Below are positions 36,381-48,525 of a stretch of DNA of 64,000 bases, piece by piece. The position numbers and the translations under genes were made by a program. Below the pieces are notes generated by a model, which worked only from the letters and a program-made list of their open reading frames with translations, searched no databases and had not been told where the DNA came from. Position 1 is the stretch's first letter; each line of letters starts with the position of its first letter. This DNA is from Vicugna vicugna. Lineage: Eukaryota. Location: positions 2,418,001 to 2,482,000 of the forward strand of contig MU058636.1 in NCBI GenBank assembly GCA_013265495.1, read 5' to 3'.

Positions 36381-37529
36381 ACTCCTAGATTTTTATGGAG
36401 GGTCCTCTTCCCTGGAGTAAATACTGTTGTTTTCTTGTTTCCAAACAACTCTTCACTCTCTGGGAAAACAGGCAGACCCCTGGTTTGTTAGAGGGGACGT
36501 GAGTCAGCACTCCTAGCGGGCAGCCCTTTGCTGGCTTTTGGCAGGGATCTGGGAATTTGATTTTCTTCCTCCTGAAAGGGTGGTGTCTGAGGAGACAGGG
36601 CAAACACCTGAGGTTCCAGGGGGACCGTCCCTGGATCCGAGAGCCTGGAATGGGCGATGGGGAATAGGAAGTAGGTCCTGACGTTTTCGGACACCGCCAC
36701 GTGAGACCAGTGGAGAAGCCAGGGTGATTCTAGGAACGGGGAAGGGGGCACTGGCGCTGGGCTGCCCTGCCCTCAGTGTGGAGAGGAAGCCCGCAGCAGA
36801 GCGCGCCTCACCAGCATCGCCCCCTTCGCCAGATCAGCCTGAGACGGACGCGTCCTGGGCTCAGCCCTCTGGCTCTGCGCTGAGCTCTGTGGTCTGAGGG
36901 CTCCCTCCTCCCTCCTCTCTCCTCGCTACTTCTCTCCGTGCTCTGGATACTGGAGGACCTAGGACAAGACATGCTGGCGCTGCTTTAAGAGAAACTCGCG
37001 ATATCTACACCTGCCGTCTCACCCGGTGCCCACCCAGCCTGTGCCGACCTTGTCCTTACACGTGGGGAGAGCGGTGTGACACGTGGGCCGTTGAGGCTCT
37101 CTGGACAGCTGTAACCTGATAACAGAAATCCTCCTAGCCAGTGGCGGGTCCCTGCCTCGTTCAGTCAGTTACCAATGCTGTTCTTATCAGGGAATCTTAC
37201 CAGGCCCAGAGAGCCAGTGGGCAGAGGTGGCTGGGCTGCTGCGGCTCAGGGACAGGGCTGGTCGGGGTGGGGCTCCTGGCTGGAGAGGACCTCTGTTGGG
37301 GGAGGATTCAGGGCCATGGTGTGAGCAGAGAAAGCAGTCCCCTGGCCTTGGGAAGTCACATGGTGGAGTGGAGTGTGTTTGCACTTTTAAAGTGTGTGTG
37401 AGATGGTGCAGACTCATTGCCTTATTTGAGGAGTGATCACCAGAATCGTGTGGGAGAATTCATTGCGGGTCACCTGTTAATTCACATCCACATTAAGCCC
37501 TACAGGGTTATTGTCTGTGTGTAGCTGGG

Positions 37530-37730
37530 AGACCGTGAGGCCAGACAGGCCTGTGTGGGTACAGTTCTGTCACTAGCATTTCTGAGCCTCAGTGTCTTTT
37601 ACTCTAAAATGAGAACAGCCAGCTCAAGGGTTGCTTTGAAGAGGAAGTGAGTGTGTGTGTGGGTGTTAATAAATTGAAAGATACCGGCCACTCAGTAGGC
37701 AGTTAGCAGGCAATAGCTACTATTATATTA
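37530..37730 (+). mobile_element. MIR
   Basis: ccagacaggcctg...tctgagcctcagtgtcttttactctaaaatgagaa...gctactattat. Confidence 0.65.
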
Positions 37731-37867
37731 AGGCAAAAAAAAAAAAAAAAAAAAAGAAAAATGATCTTTGGGAATAGTCTTCACAAATCAGGAGTCTTGG
37801 AGCTTTTTTGTGTGTTGGTTTTGCTGAACCTAGAGCCGTGCGTGGCATGTGGTGGGCACTCAGCCCT

Positions 37868-37950
37868 ATTGGCCCTCTGTATCTGTGGGTTCTGTGTCCT
37901 CAGATGCACCGAACCGGGGACTCAGCTAACTGTGGGCTGAAGATATTCAG
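37868..37950 (-). mobile_element. MER2-like Tigger terminal fragment
   Basis: ttggccctctgtatctgtgggttctgtgtcc...ctaactgtgggctgaagatattcag. Confidence 0.55.
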
Positions 37951-38194
37951 AGTCCATTTGCTGCAAATGTGTCAAGTATTAATATGTTTGTTATACAAAG
38001 AGCTTATCCATGTTGATAAATAGTAGATGAGTGGGGGAAAAAATGAACAATTTGGAAGAAATGGAGCTGATAAATGTAGAAATGGGTCAGTAGAATTAAA
38101 TAAATGCCAGTGGGAGAAGCTACCGGTTTTATCTACTAAATTTGAAAAACTTAATGAAACCCATACCTGGCCCAGCAAAGATAATCTGTTTTTT

Positions 38195-38375
38195 TTTCAA
38201 CTCTCGTTTTTTATTGCAGTATAGTCTGTTTGCGATGTTAGTTTCAGATATACAGCAAAGCGATCCCACTGTACACGTACATATATACATATGTATATTT
38301 AAGATTCTTTCCCATTTCAGCTCATTACAAGAGATTTGATTTAGTTCCCTGTGCTTTACAGTAGGTCCTTGTTGA
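38195..38375 (-). mobile_element. Young L1 3' terminal fragment
   Basis: ttttattgcagtatagtc...agttccctgtgctttacagtaggtccttgttg. Confidence 0.85.
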
Positions 38376-41300
38376 AGTATAAACTCTTGTACGTTTTTGG
38401 TTGTATTGTAAGTTGACGTTAAACTTTAGGAAAGCGATTGACAGGCAGTCCTCAAATCAATAAAGGCATGAAAATTCAGTGATTTGGTGTCCCACTTCTG
38501 GGATAGTTTACCCTCAGGAGATAGTACAAAAAAGAAAACCATCTAGACACAGTATGTTTGCTGTGGTTTCATTTGTAATAGTGGAAAATTGGGAACATCT
38601 TCAAAGCTCAGGGAGTGGGGCACATCTGGATGAATTCAAAAGTCATTAAAAGTGATTTTGAAGATGATGCTAATATGGAAAAGGCTTATGATATTGACTG
38701 AACAATAGGGATATTGCTTTATATACAAAATGACTTCAGCTTAAACACGGATGGCAAGAGAAGAAACGTAATAATAGATATTTCCTATCGAAGTGGTGGG
38801 GCTGGCAATTTATGTTTCATCATTTCAAACAGGATGTATTTAAGTAGTTGTCATTACAGAGGGTGGTCAAAGAGAAGAAACTAGGGAAAATATGAACATA
38901 TGTGAAGTCATTTGCGTGGTACCTCGCCTCCTGTTTCTGCATATCCCAGGACTGTGTAGGAGAGAGCGTTGATAATAAAGCTTCACCATTATATGCAGAC
39001 AGTTAAACAGAGCCCCAGGCTCATCAAATTCAACTCCTCTCTGCTTTCCCTCTTTCCTCTAGCTTCCCCATCATCTCCTAAAGCATCTGGTTTCCTGACT
39101 CTCAGCAACTAGTCCAGGGGCTGTTTTGTCCCCCAAGACAAACAGATGATTCTGTATTAAAATACATTCCCTTTTCTGGTTCACAGGTTTAAGTTCTGTA
39201 CAGCCCTCCCACTTAGTTATGATTTGTTTGAGGGCACACCCACCCCCTGGAAGACTGCTGAAGTTGACACGAATCATCATCAAGTCCATTGGTTCCACCG
39301 TGGGTTGCTATGCAGAAGCCAACAGTGCCATTAAAGGTTCATGTGCACCCCGTTTTGCAAGCCTTCTAACATAGCCCAGGGCTGGGGGGCTTTGACCTTG
39401 AACAGGAGAGGTTAACATTAACCACCTGGCCACTCCTGCTTCTCGGCTGTGGCTGCAAAGTAAGCTTTGTGCACCTGTCTCCCTGTTCACCTGCAGCAGG
39501 CTTGCTGGTGAGGAAAAGAGAACTCATTTCAGCAGAAGAATGTTTCACAGGTGCCACAAGGGTTTTACGTTCTGCTGAAAACAGATGTCTTTTAATATAA
39601 AGCTGATTTTCAGCCTCTAGCCCCGAGACAGTCCTGTTTTGGAGTTCAGAAGTCACGGGTTAGGAATCACTATTACATCCAGACTCTGGGTTTCCTCTCC
39701 TGCCACTTTGCCCACTTCTGAGAATCTGTGAGGATTCATTTAGGTGAACTTCTAACCATCCTCACCTGCCCCGTTATACATTCACAAATGCAGGAAGCTT
39801 TCTTATAAATGCTACCAATTGTGACCTTCACAATGTGACAGTTGTTAACTGCATAGTAACAATAGCAGGTGTAAGGGTCCCCATAGAGTAACAGGGAGAT
39901 GGTGGTGTTTCCCACGCTATTTTTGGGGAAGGCAGGGTCAGCCTGATTTCTGGTTAGCAGGCTAACTCACATAGATCAAGATTTGAGCTGTGATCATGCC
40001 CAGTCAGGAGAGCTCAGGGCTTTAAGAATGTGTCGAGGCGAGTGCTTGGCACCTGTAGCTGCTGAAATTCCCAGGCTTCCTGGCTCATCGGGCTGTTCTG
40101 GTGGGTCAGGTGAGGGGTGTCTGCTGTAACTTACTAGGTTTCTGTGCTGCTGTTGTCACAGCTAACTGGGTCCAGCTCGGCATCTGGGTGGTTTAGTGGG
40201 ACTGAAGGACTGAGGGGTGGGTGGGGGTAATGAAAGAATCTCTGGTTTCTGAGGCACTGACTTCATTCATTTGTTCAGTTATATTTATGGAGTCCTTTTA
40301 TTTGTCATCACTAACGTTGTGTTTCTTTCCCACTATCTTGAACCTAGTTACAAGCAGGCCAGCCCAGTTAGTTAGAGAAGAGGATTGATTAACTTTTGAA
40401 ACTATGTCCACCCCTCATGTGGACCATTTTAAAGACACAGTGCTATATTTCCTGGCAGTACCCTTGACTCCAGTGGGCTGTCTTGCCAGTGAATACTGTT
40501 GGTCACCAAGAGACCCAGGTTAGATGGTGGATGGCTTAGTGAGTTCATCATCATCTCTGGAAAGCACATTTCAAGTTCCTGTAGCTTTTTTTGTGGGGGA
40601 GGTGGGGGTGGTCAAGGAAGGGAAATAACTGGGTTTAGTATTCCATTTCACAATAACATAATGGAATAAGGGTTTTTTGTTTTGTTGGGTTCATTTCTTT
40701 AAGAGTCTATTCTCTCAGTGATTAAAAGCCAAAGTTCCTGACAGAGAGTCTTCCACGAAAACATTGAAGGGAATAAGCAGTCCTTTGTTGTGTCCTCAGA
40801 ACTAAACAAAACGACTGAAGCATGCCCTCCATCAGCACAGCCAGGGTCTCGAGTACAGAGAAGGGCACGGGGAAAAGGTGTTCATTTCTCCTTAAAATAG
40901 CTTCTGAAAATGAAACCATGTTTCCTGCAATGCTGTGTGTAGGAGGACAGGGACTGGAGGGAACGGAATATTCTAGGGGGTCAGTAAAATATTTGAGCCA
41001 TGATGAACCCAAGAGCTCTGGGCATTATATGAGCTTACTGTCTCCTTGAGCGGTAGTATTTATAATGCCTTTATGTAGGCTGCCTCTGTTGCTTTTTTGG
41101 AATGAGATTAAAAAATGAATAAATAATGAAGGTGACAATTCCAGGTTGTAAATGTGTCCACATGAGTGCAGCATGTCCTGTGGACTCCTAGGAGGGGTTT
41201 GGGGTGCGGGGTGATGGGAGGGAGGTGAGAAAGCTTTGTGGGAGGCAGGTTCAGCTGATGTATTAGGTCCTACAGCATGGACTCCTGAATCCAGTTTCTT

Positions 41301-41494
41301 ACAACAAAGCTTCAACTGTTCTGTAATTTATAATCCAGGTTTTTTGATTACCTGTAAAAAATTAGGGGACTTTTGCTGTCAGTCATATGTGAAAAACACA
41401 ATAACAAGCTGGTGAGCAAAACAAAAATTTTAAAAAAGGCTTTTCTGGTGTCTTTTTCACCATTGTTTTTAAAGCACACTTCCCCCTGCTCTGT

Positions 41495-41616
41495 TTTATG
41501 AGGGAGAGGTAATTAGGTTTGTTTATTTATTTCTGTTTGGAGGAGGTAGTGGGGACTGAGCCCAGGACCTCGTACGTGCTCAGCGGGCTCTCTACCACGC
41601 GCTCTACCACTTGAGC
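41495..41616 (-). mobile_element. tRNA-Ala-derived SINE (Vic-1-like) with a small internal duplication
   Basis: gaggtaattaggtttgtttatttattt...ggggactgagcccaggacctcg; ctctaccac repeated twice. Confidence 0.85.
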
Positions 41617-42409
41617 TTTTTCACCACTTAATACATTTCAGACAAGTCATAATTGGTGAAACAGAAGTTAGTACTCATTAAATGAATAGCTAAAGACTCT
41701 GAATTTAAAAACTCTACTATGGTAGCTTGATGGTGACCAAACTAAATCAAAAGAAGATTTAAAAGGTGGGGACCTGAGTCGTGCTTGGTCAAGAAGTTGC
41801 AGGGTTTTAAACTCACTAAGCAAAAGTACCTGACTCAGATGCGTCACACCTAGGGTGCCGGTTATTTGGTACTGTTGAGCATTTCAGCCTCTTCTTTGGA
41901 AAAATTGGGTGATTCCCCAGGGAGTGGGCAGTGCAAGTTGGTGACGGACAAACATGAGCTGTGGTTGTAAGTCTGTGATCAACAGTTTATTTTCATTGTA
42001 TTGTCCTTTTATTTTAAAAATGTGTTGTCTTTTGCCCCCTTGCATGTAGTTGACAGCTGACTGAATCTTTTGGTTAGTATAGACACAGCTGCTTTTGAAG
42101 AATATGAAACAATATTTCTACTCTAAAGTTTGAAATAAAACATAAAAAATTTTCAGTTGAACACAGCTGCAAAAGGTGCATGTGTGTGTGTGCGTATGTG
42201 TGTGAGTGTGTCTGTTCAGCAGCTCGGCCTGTCTGTGAAGAAGCTGGCAGCCCAGGGAACAGATTTGAACCTGCATGAGAATGACAAGTACACACTCCAG
42301 CGTCAGCCCCTGAGACCCTGAAGCTGAGCAGCTCTGGGTGGGGGAGGGAGCTGCGTTTCTGATGCATATTGTTAAAGACCAGGCTGCAGGGGCCACAGAG
42401 GCCCCGTAA

Positions 42410-43200
42410 TTTAAGTCCATAAACAGTAGATGCTGGAGAGGGTGAGGAGGGAAAGGAACCCTCCTACACTGTGGGTGGGAATGTAATTTGGTGCAGCCAC
42501 TATGGAGAACAGTATGGAGGTTCCTTAAAAAACTAAAAATAGACTTACCAATATGATCCAGCAATCCCACTCCTGGGCATATATCTGGAGGAAACTCTAA
42601 TTCAAAAAGATACATGCACCCTAATGTTCATAGAAGCAGTATTTACAAAAGCCAAGACATGGAAGCAACCTAAATGTCCACTGACAGATGACTGGATAAA
42701 GAAGTTGTGTCATATGTACACAATGGACTATTACTCAGCCATAATGAAATAATGCCATTTGCAGCAACGTGGATGGACCTAGAGATTATTATACAAAGTG
42801 AAGTAAGTCAGACAAAGACAAATACATGATATCACTTATATATGGAATCTAAAAAATGACACAAGTGAGCTTATTTAAAAACCAGAAGTAGGCTCACAGA
42901 CATAGAAAACAAACTTATGGTTACTAAAGGGGAAAAGTGGGGGAGGGATAAATTAGTAGGAGTTTGGGATTACCAGGTACAAACTACTATATATAAAACA
43001 GATAAACAACAAGATCCTAATGTACAGCACAGGGAACTACATTCAATACTTTTTAATAACCTATAATGAAAAAGAATATGAAAAAGAGGATATGACTGAA
43101 TCACTATGCTGTACACAGAAACTAGTACAACATTGTAAATCAACTATACTTCGATAAAAAAGAAACAAGCTAATAAAGCAAGAAAAAAGAGAGAGAGAAA
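42410..43200 (+). mobile_element. Young L1 3' end (ORF2 C-terminus, 3' UTR, A-rich tail), apparently inserted in a MER5-like element
   Basis: gatgctggagaggg...ggaaccctcctacactgtgggtgggaatgtaatttggtgcagccactatggagaacagtatggagg ... acaacattgtaaatcaactatacttcgataaaaa. Confidence 0.95.
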
Positions 43201-45507
43201 AGCAGCAGTGCTCTGGAGGCGTGAACTTGGACCTAATGGAACCTCTTTCATTTTTACTCTGGTTCCAGCTCTTTGCTCAGTCCTCTGGGTCAGACCCTCA
43301 CTCCTGTGTCAGGGTCAAGTTCAAATGAAGAAATACCTGAGAAATACGGAATCTTTCTGTTACTTAGGCAAGCTGCCGTGCTGTGCTCAGCTGTTTGTAC
43401 TTCCGGGCCTGACTTGATGTTTCCTCCGTAAGCTCCGGGTAACGGAGGCTGAGCTTCGTCATGCAGACGGTCTCCTTACCAGGTGTCCGCTGTGAGTTGC
43501 ACGGCTTAAACAGGAAACAGTAAAACTTGTGCTGTGTGACATTCAGGCTGTGGGCTGCTGGTGGAATCTCCTGCACCACGCGATGGAGTATGGTATTTCT
43601 AGGGTGTTCCACTCAGAACTGAGCCCCGTGATTGGGCTGGCACAGAGCGAGCAGTGTCGTCAGGAACTGACTCTCGGGTTTCCTCAGGGGGGCGTTCTAG
43701 GGAGGATGGGGCACCCTAGAGTCAGGGTGTCTTGGATGCTCAGCTGCTACACTCTCTGTAATTGCTTTTCTCTTGTGATTTTCTTGATGAAGGCACCAAA
43801 CTCTTTTCTTGAACCCAAAACTACAAACAAGCCATCTCAGGCTGTTGGGGACTCTGCTGAGAACTAGTTTTCTTCATTTCAAAAGCTAATTAGCATTTCT
43901 GTGGGGGGAGTTGCTTACAGGAGTAAACACAGGAGGAGAGGCTTCCACTGGTGGCGTGTTTAATTTTTCATGAGGAGTGCGTTTTAGTGCTTCCCCAGAG
44001 AGGTGGCTGTGAGGCTAATTAGCAGGATGCTGTTGGCTGTCTACTTGGGAGCACGTGTGTGCAGAACCTGAATTCAAGACGGTGGCCGCTGTTACTGGGG
44101 CTGTTTCCTGCACCGTCTCATTGTTTTGATCCTGTTTGAGCTGAAATGTTAATTTATCCGTAGCTCCCCTTAAGCTATGTAGTTTTTTTTTTTTTCCTTC
44201 TGGTGAAATTCAAATGATTGGAGCGTCGTTTTCCTTGAAATAGTTGGTCAGCACAAATGATTATAGAAGTGTGCAGGCAAGGGTGTGGCCAGAAAAAGGA
44301 GCTGGGAGCTGGCTGCCTCCTGCTTCTTGGCACGTGGCCTGTGACTGTCAATCCCTCTGGTGTCTGTGCTTCTGGACTGCTGAAAACTGTGTGTTTAGAA
44401 ATATGCTGTATTAAAATACTAAAATGACTGATTCTTGGTTTTCAACTAGGTTTTAACATTTCTTTTCAAATGAGTGTGAAGTAAATACTCAGGTTTAGTA
44501 TAAACTCTCTGCACATAATTCTTAATAAAATACAGTTTATGTAAGATTTAGGAGTGGTTTGCAACAAATGGTTTTTGGACAAACTGTAAGTAATTTTCAT
44601 TTTCACTTGTAGAATTTTAATGTAGCTTTCATTTTTGGTTGAGAACTAGACGGGTAGGTGTCTCTGTCTTGTATTATTTGATACAAGGATTGATAGAAGG
44701 AGGAATGGATATCCTCCCCTGTATGACTCTCATGCTTGCATTTTAAAGTTGCTACATTCTCCTTTTAAAAAAATGATGGGGGATTGACTGAAATTTTAAA
44801 ATGAATTTTAAAATGGTAGGTTTTTGAGGACAGTAACAGATCATGAATGAACCACAGTGCAGCATCTTACACCTGCTACCTGGAGCAGATGTTCAGATTA
44901 CATAAATAATCCCGCAAGCCCATGGCAACGTAGACAAAAGACTTTAAATTGTAACAACTGTCCTGCAGTGGTACACGGTAGGCATCGGAGGGCAGAATGC
45001 TGGTGAAGGAATGTGACAGTCTAGTCTTGTGCGAGACAGTGCCAAGAGTGGCAAAACTTTTACCTTCTAAAAAGACCTTTGCTCATTAAGCGAACACCCC
45101 ACTCTTTGTTACTGCTCAGCAAACTTGCTTATGGCTGTAACCCTTTGGGGTGTGTAACCAAAGCTCTTTCTCTTCTTCCCACTTCCCCCCTCATATTTGA
45201 TTTAATATGATTAAAAACACTAAGAAAAAATCATAAGAAAAAAGATGGGACAGGTACACTGTGTTGGCCAGTGATGCAAAGTGAAAGTTCTAGACCCGCT
45301 GACTGTGTCAGGGGTTCCTGGAGAAGGAGAAATGTTATTCAGAACTTCAGTAAATCTCTTCGGCAAAGTTTTGCAACTAATTTTCTTATATTTTCTGCCA
45401 AACATCCCTTTGGATTGCTTAAAAGAGATCCAGTGGGAGGAAAAGTTACAGGTTTTCCATACAGGAAGACTCACAATTGTATTTAAATTCTATTGTATTT
45501 AACTCCT

Positions 45508-45787
45508 CTTTTTTTTTTTTTAAATTGCTATATAGTCGATTTACAGTGTGTTAATTTCTGGTTGACAGTATAGTGATTCAGTTATACATATACATGTGTA
45601 TATTCATTTTCATATTCTTTTTCATTATAGACTATTGCAAGGTATTGAATAGAGTTCCCTGTGCTGTACAGTAGGGCCGTGTTGTTTATCTGTTTTATAT
45701 ATAGTAGTTTGTATCTGCAAATCCTGAACCCCCCAGTTATCCCCCGACCCCCTTTCCCCTCTGGTAACCATAAGCTTGCTTTCTAGG
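45508..45787 (-). mobile_element. Young L1 3' terminal fragment
   Basis: Poly-T, then aattgctatatagtcgatttacagtg...ctggtaaccataagcttg; degenerate TSD tatttaactcctctt/tactcaagtcctctt. Confidence 0.9.
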
Positions 45788-46779
45788 TCTACTCAAGTCC
45801 TCTTGTAGCTCCTTGTCAGCGTGGAGGGTTTCATCCGAGGTGAAGCTCAGTGAAAGTTCCCGTATCAGTGCGAAGGGTGGTGCTTTCTTCCAAGTGACTA
45901 TGGGTCCAGTGGCGCCATTTTGTTCAGCTGTCCTGCGGACGTAGGCAGCTTTCACACCTCTCCCCCGGGCTTACCATTTTGCCACAGTGACCAGCATTTA
46001 CAGCTTCTTTTCTTTCTCCTGAAATGTTGGTGCAAGGACCCAGAGGAGCGATGGCACAGGCTGAGCCTTTTCTGCACAGCTGTCATCACCATCATGTGTG
46101 CTGTGTGCTCAGCCTCCAGAGCCCTGGAGGTTTGAAGTCCTGGGACAGTTGGAATCCTTTGAAGGAAATCCTGAAAAGACCAACACAGATAGTAATTAGG
46201 GAACTGCATAAATTTTGTACCTACTTCTAAGGCATTCGGTGCGCTTTCTGTTCTTATCATTCATCTTTGTCTGCCTGCCACGGAGACGAAAGGGTCACAG
46301 GGCCGCTGTAAGGAAAATAAGAGGAAGCGAATGTCAGAAAAGCAGCATTTCCTCTCAGAGTAAGAACCTAATCGGTTTGGATGTGCATTTTGGCCACCTC
46401 GGGTGAAAATTTGCACTGCAGTGTAATAGCGTGGTCTGTTCGAGGACTCAGAGAGCCCTGTCGGGGCTCCTGCACAGGGGTCTGCACGAGAGACAAGTGG
46501 TGTGGACCCCAGGCCCAGGGATGGGGGGATTCCGCAGTGCTGCTGTTTAAGTGGTTTGTCTAACAGCTGAAACACGACTTTCTCTGAGGGGCTTTAATTT
46601 TCTAATCTCTTGCTCCACGTCTGCCTTCCTTTGGGGTTACAGAGCCTGAGTTTGGATATTAGATCAGTGTCTCATTCCCTCAAGGATTATAAATTCTGAA
46701 GCAAAGAGACTCTGTCCTTGAGGAGTTGCCTTGTGCAGAACATCCAGTGAAGATTAGGTAAATACTGAGATTTATTAGC

Positions 46780-47200
46780 ACACGTAAGTATGGAAGCCAG
46801 AAGATGGGGTAGGACTCAGTGAGACACCGTCTAGAGGTTCCAGCTCCATTTCCACCTTCCAGATCCTCAAGCCACCCTATAGGTGGCTGCAGCAGCTCCA
46901 GCCTCTCAGCACAGCACACTGTCCAGAGGAGGAGACAGCCACTTCCTGGCAGTCCCGCAGGGCAGAGCAGTCTTTTCCAGAAGTTCCCAGGAAAGCACTC
47001 TTGGTGGGTCTTTTACCAACATTGAGTCGCAGACCCATTCCTAAACCCATCTTCGCTGATCGGAATGGGATTAGCCTTGGATCAGTCAGGGCCAGCCATG
47101 GAGCCAGGGGTGTGGCCCGCTTCTCCTGGGCGGATGCATTGGTGGAGAAGTGAACACTAAGCAGGATCAGGTTTTACTAGGAAGGAGGGTGGATGACCGA
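46780..47200 (-). mobile_element. Old MaLR LTR (MLT1K-like)
   Basis: ggtggctgcagcagctccagcc...tttccagaagttcccaggaaagc...acccattcctaaacccatc...aggaaggagggtggatg. Confidence 0.6.
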
Positions 47201-48262
47201 AACAGTATCCCCTGCGCTCCCTGCTGTGTCCCAAGGACCTAGAACGATGCCTGGCACACGACAGGTTGTCTGTACATATTTATTAAATTAATTTGCTCTT
47301 TTATCTTCTGCTTTCATGTCTCAAACTGTGTTTTCTTGTTTCTTGGGACATGAACATTTATACATTGCTTTTTATTGTCTTACTTTTAAATGCTGTTTTA
47401 AAAACACTTATTTAAATAGCCTGTTGCTATTTCACAATTAATGGAATTTTGAAAATAGTTTATGATTAGAACAAGTTGAGAGGCATGTGTTTAGACAACT
47501 TTGCTAGCATATCCCAGCCTAAGGGCTCTTTTTGAGTAAAACTAAGGAAGCGAATTTGATCCATTATTTATAGCTTGTAAGCCAGTGGAAGTATAACAGA
47601 GAATGTCATGTTACAATGATGGCATATGGTAAGAGGCATAAAATCTCACATTACTTGTCGACACTTGTTCAGTTAAAAGACGTGAATTTGGTGTGAGATC
47701 ACTATAAATCCTGTCACTAATGCGGTGATGAAGTTGCTTTAGTAAAGGAATCTGTAAGAAGATGCTCAGAAGCTTCCCTGCTGATCTGTAGCCATACGGG
47801 TACATGTGTATGTTATCTCTTGATGACATAAACTATAATTAAGTTTTTATATTGCTGAGGTTAGTCTTAATTTACTTAAAATACATTCAGCATCCAGATA
47901 GTGGATCCCTTGGCTGATTCTCTGCCCTGGTACTTGTCCTGTAGGCAGCACAGGCATTGGAGGTGCTGGTGTCTCTGTTTCATCACATCCCAAAATGTGT
48001 TCCTTTGCACTTGGAAATGAAGCTACTGACCTGCCGAGTATAGAACAGGGTTTATGTCATTTCTCTGGTTATGGTGCAAGGTTTGTACTTAATCACTGAG
48101 TAATGGCTGGCAGACTAGGGTGCATGCTTTGTGGCTCTGAAAGATTTTAATTGATGTATATGAAGATTAAATCCACTTTTTGGTGGCCTTTATTCTAATG
48201 GTCCAGAATACTTTCAAACATTGAGCTTTGTAGCTTAAAAAATAATATGTATTTTCTTCAAG

Positions 48263-48289
48263 TGCCTGGTGGTGGATAGGAAAACTCAG
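48263..48289 (+). other. Candidate 27-nt microexon
   Basis: tgtattttcttcaAG acceptor and CAG|GTAAGA donor. Confidence 0.3.
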
Positions 48290-48399
48290 GTAAGAGTGGA
48301 CTCTTCCTCATATCATTTCTGGAACCAGTGGGAAGTCAAGTTTAATTACTATTTAGGATTTTCTTTTCTTTCCTCCACCTTCATGTTCCTCTGTGTTGT

Positions 48400-48525
48400 T
48401 GATCCAATCAGGAAGTTCAAATTTCAGACGCGAACGCAGGGTGGTGGCATTGAGCGTAGGGCAGGGGCTGTGGGGTACAGTTTGACTTCCTGGAATGTAT
48501 GTTTCATTGGTTGCCATGAGACCTC
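48400..48525. promoter_or_regulatory. Candidate enhancer/promoter motif cluster (CCAAT, ETS, STAT, RFX X-box)
   Basis: CCAAT 48404-08, CAGGAAGT 48409-16, ACTTCCTG 48485-92, TTCCTGGAA 48487-95, ATTGG 48506-10, GTTGCCATGAGAC 48510-22. Confidence 0.45.

Noticed and set aside
36735..36835. CTCF-like motifs (gaagggggcact; catcgcccccttcgcc)
   Set aside because: Only partial matches to the core; not supportable without a PWM scan.
39410..39423. HNF1 site
   Set aside because: The spacer is one base shorter than GTTAATNATTAAC; kept only as a palindrome.
22953..41616. Six tRNA-Ala-like sequences as tRNA genes
   Set aside because: Each has a shared SINE tail, some have TSDs, and all are mutated; they are SINE copies.
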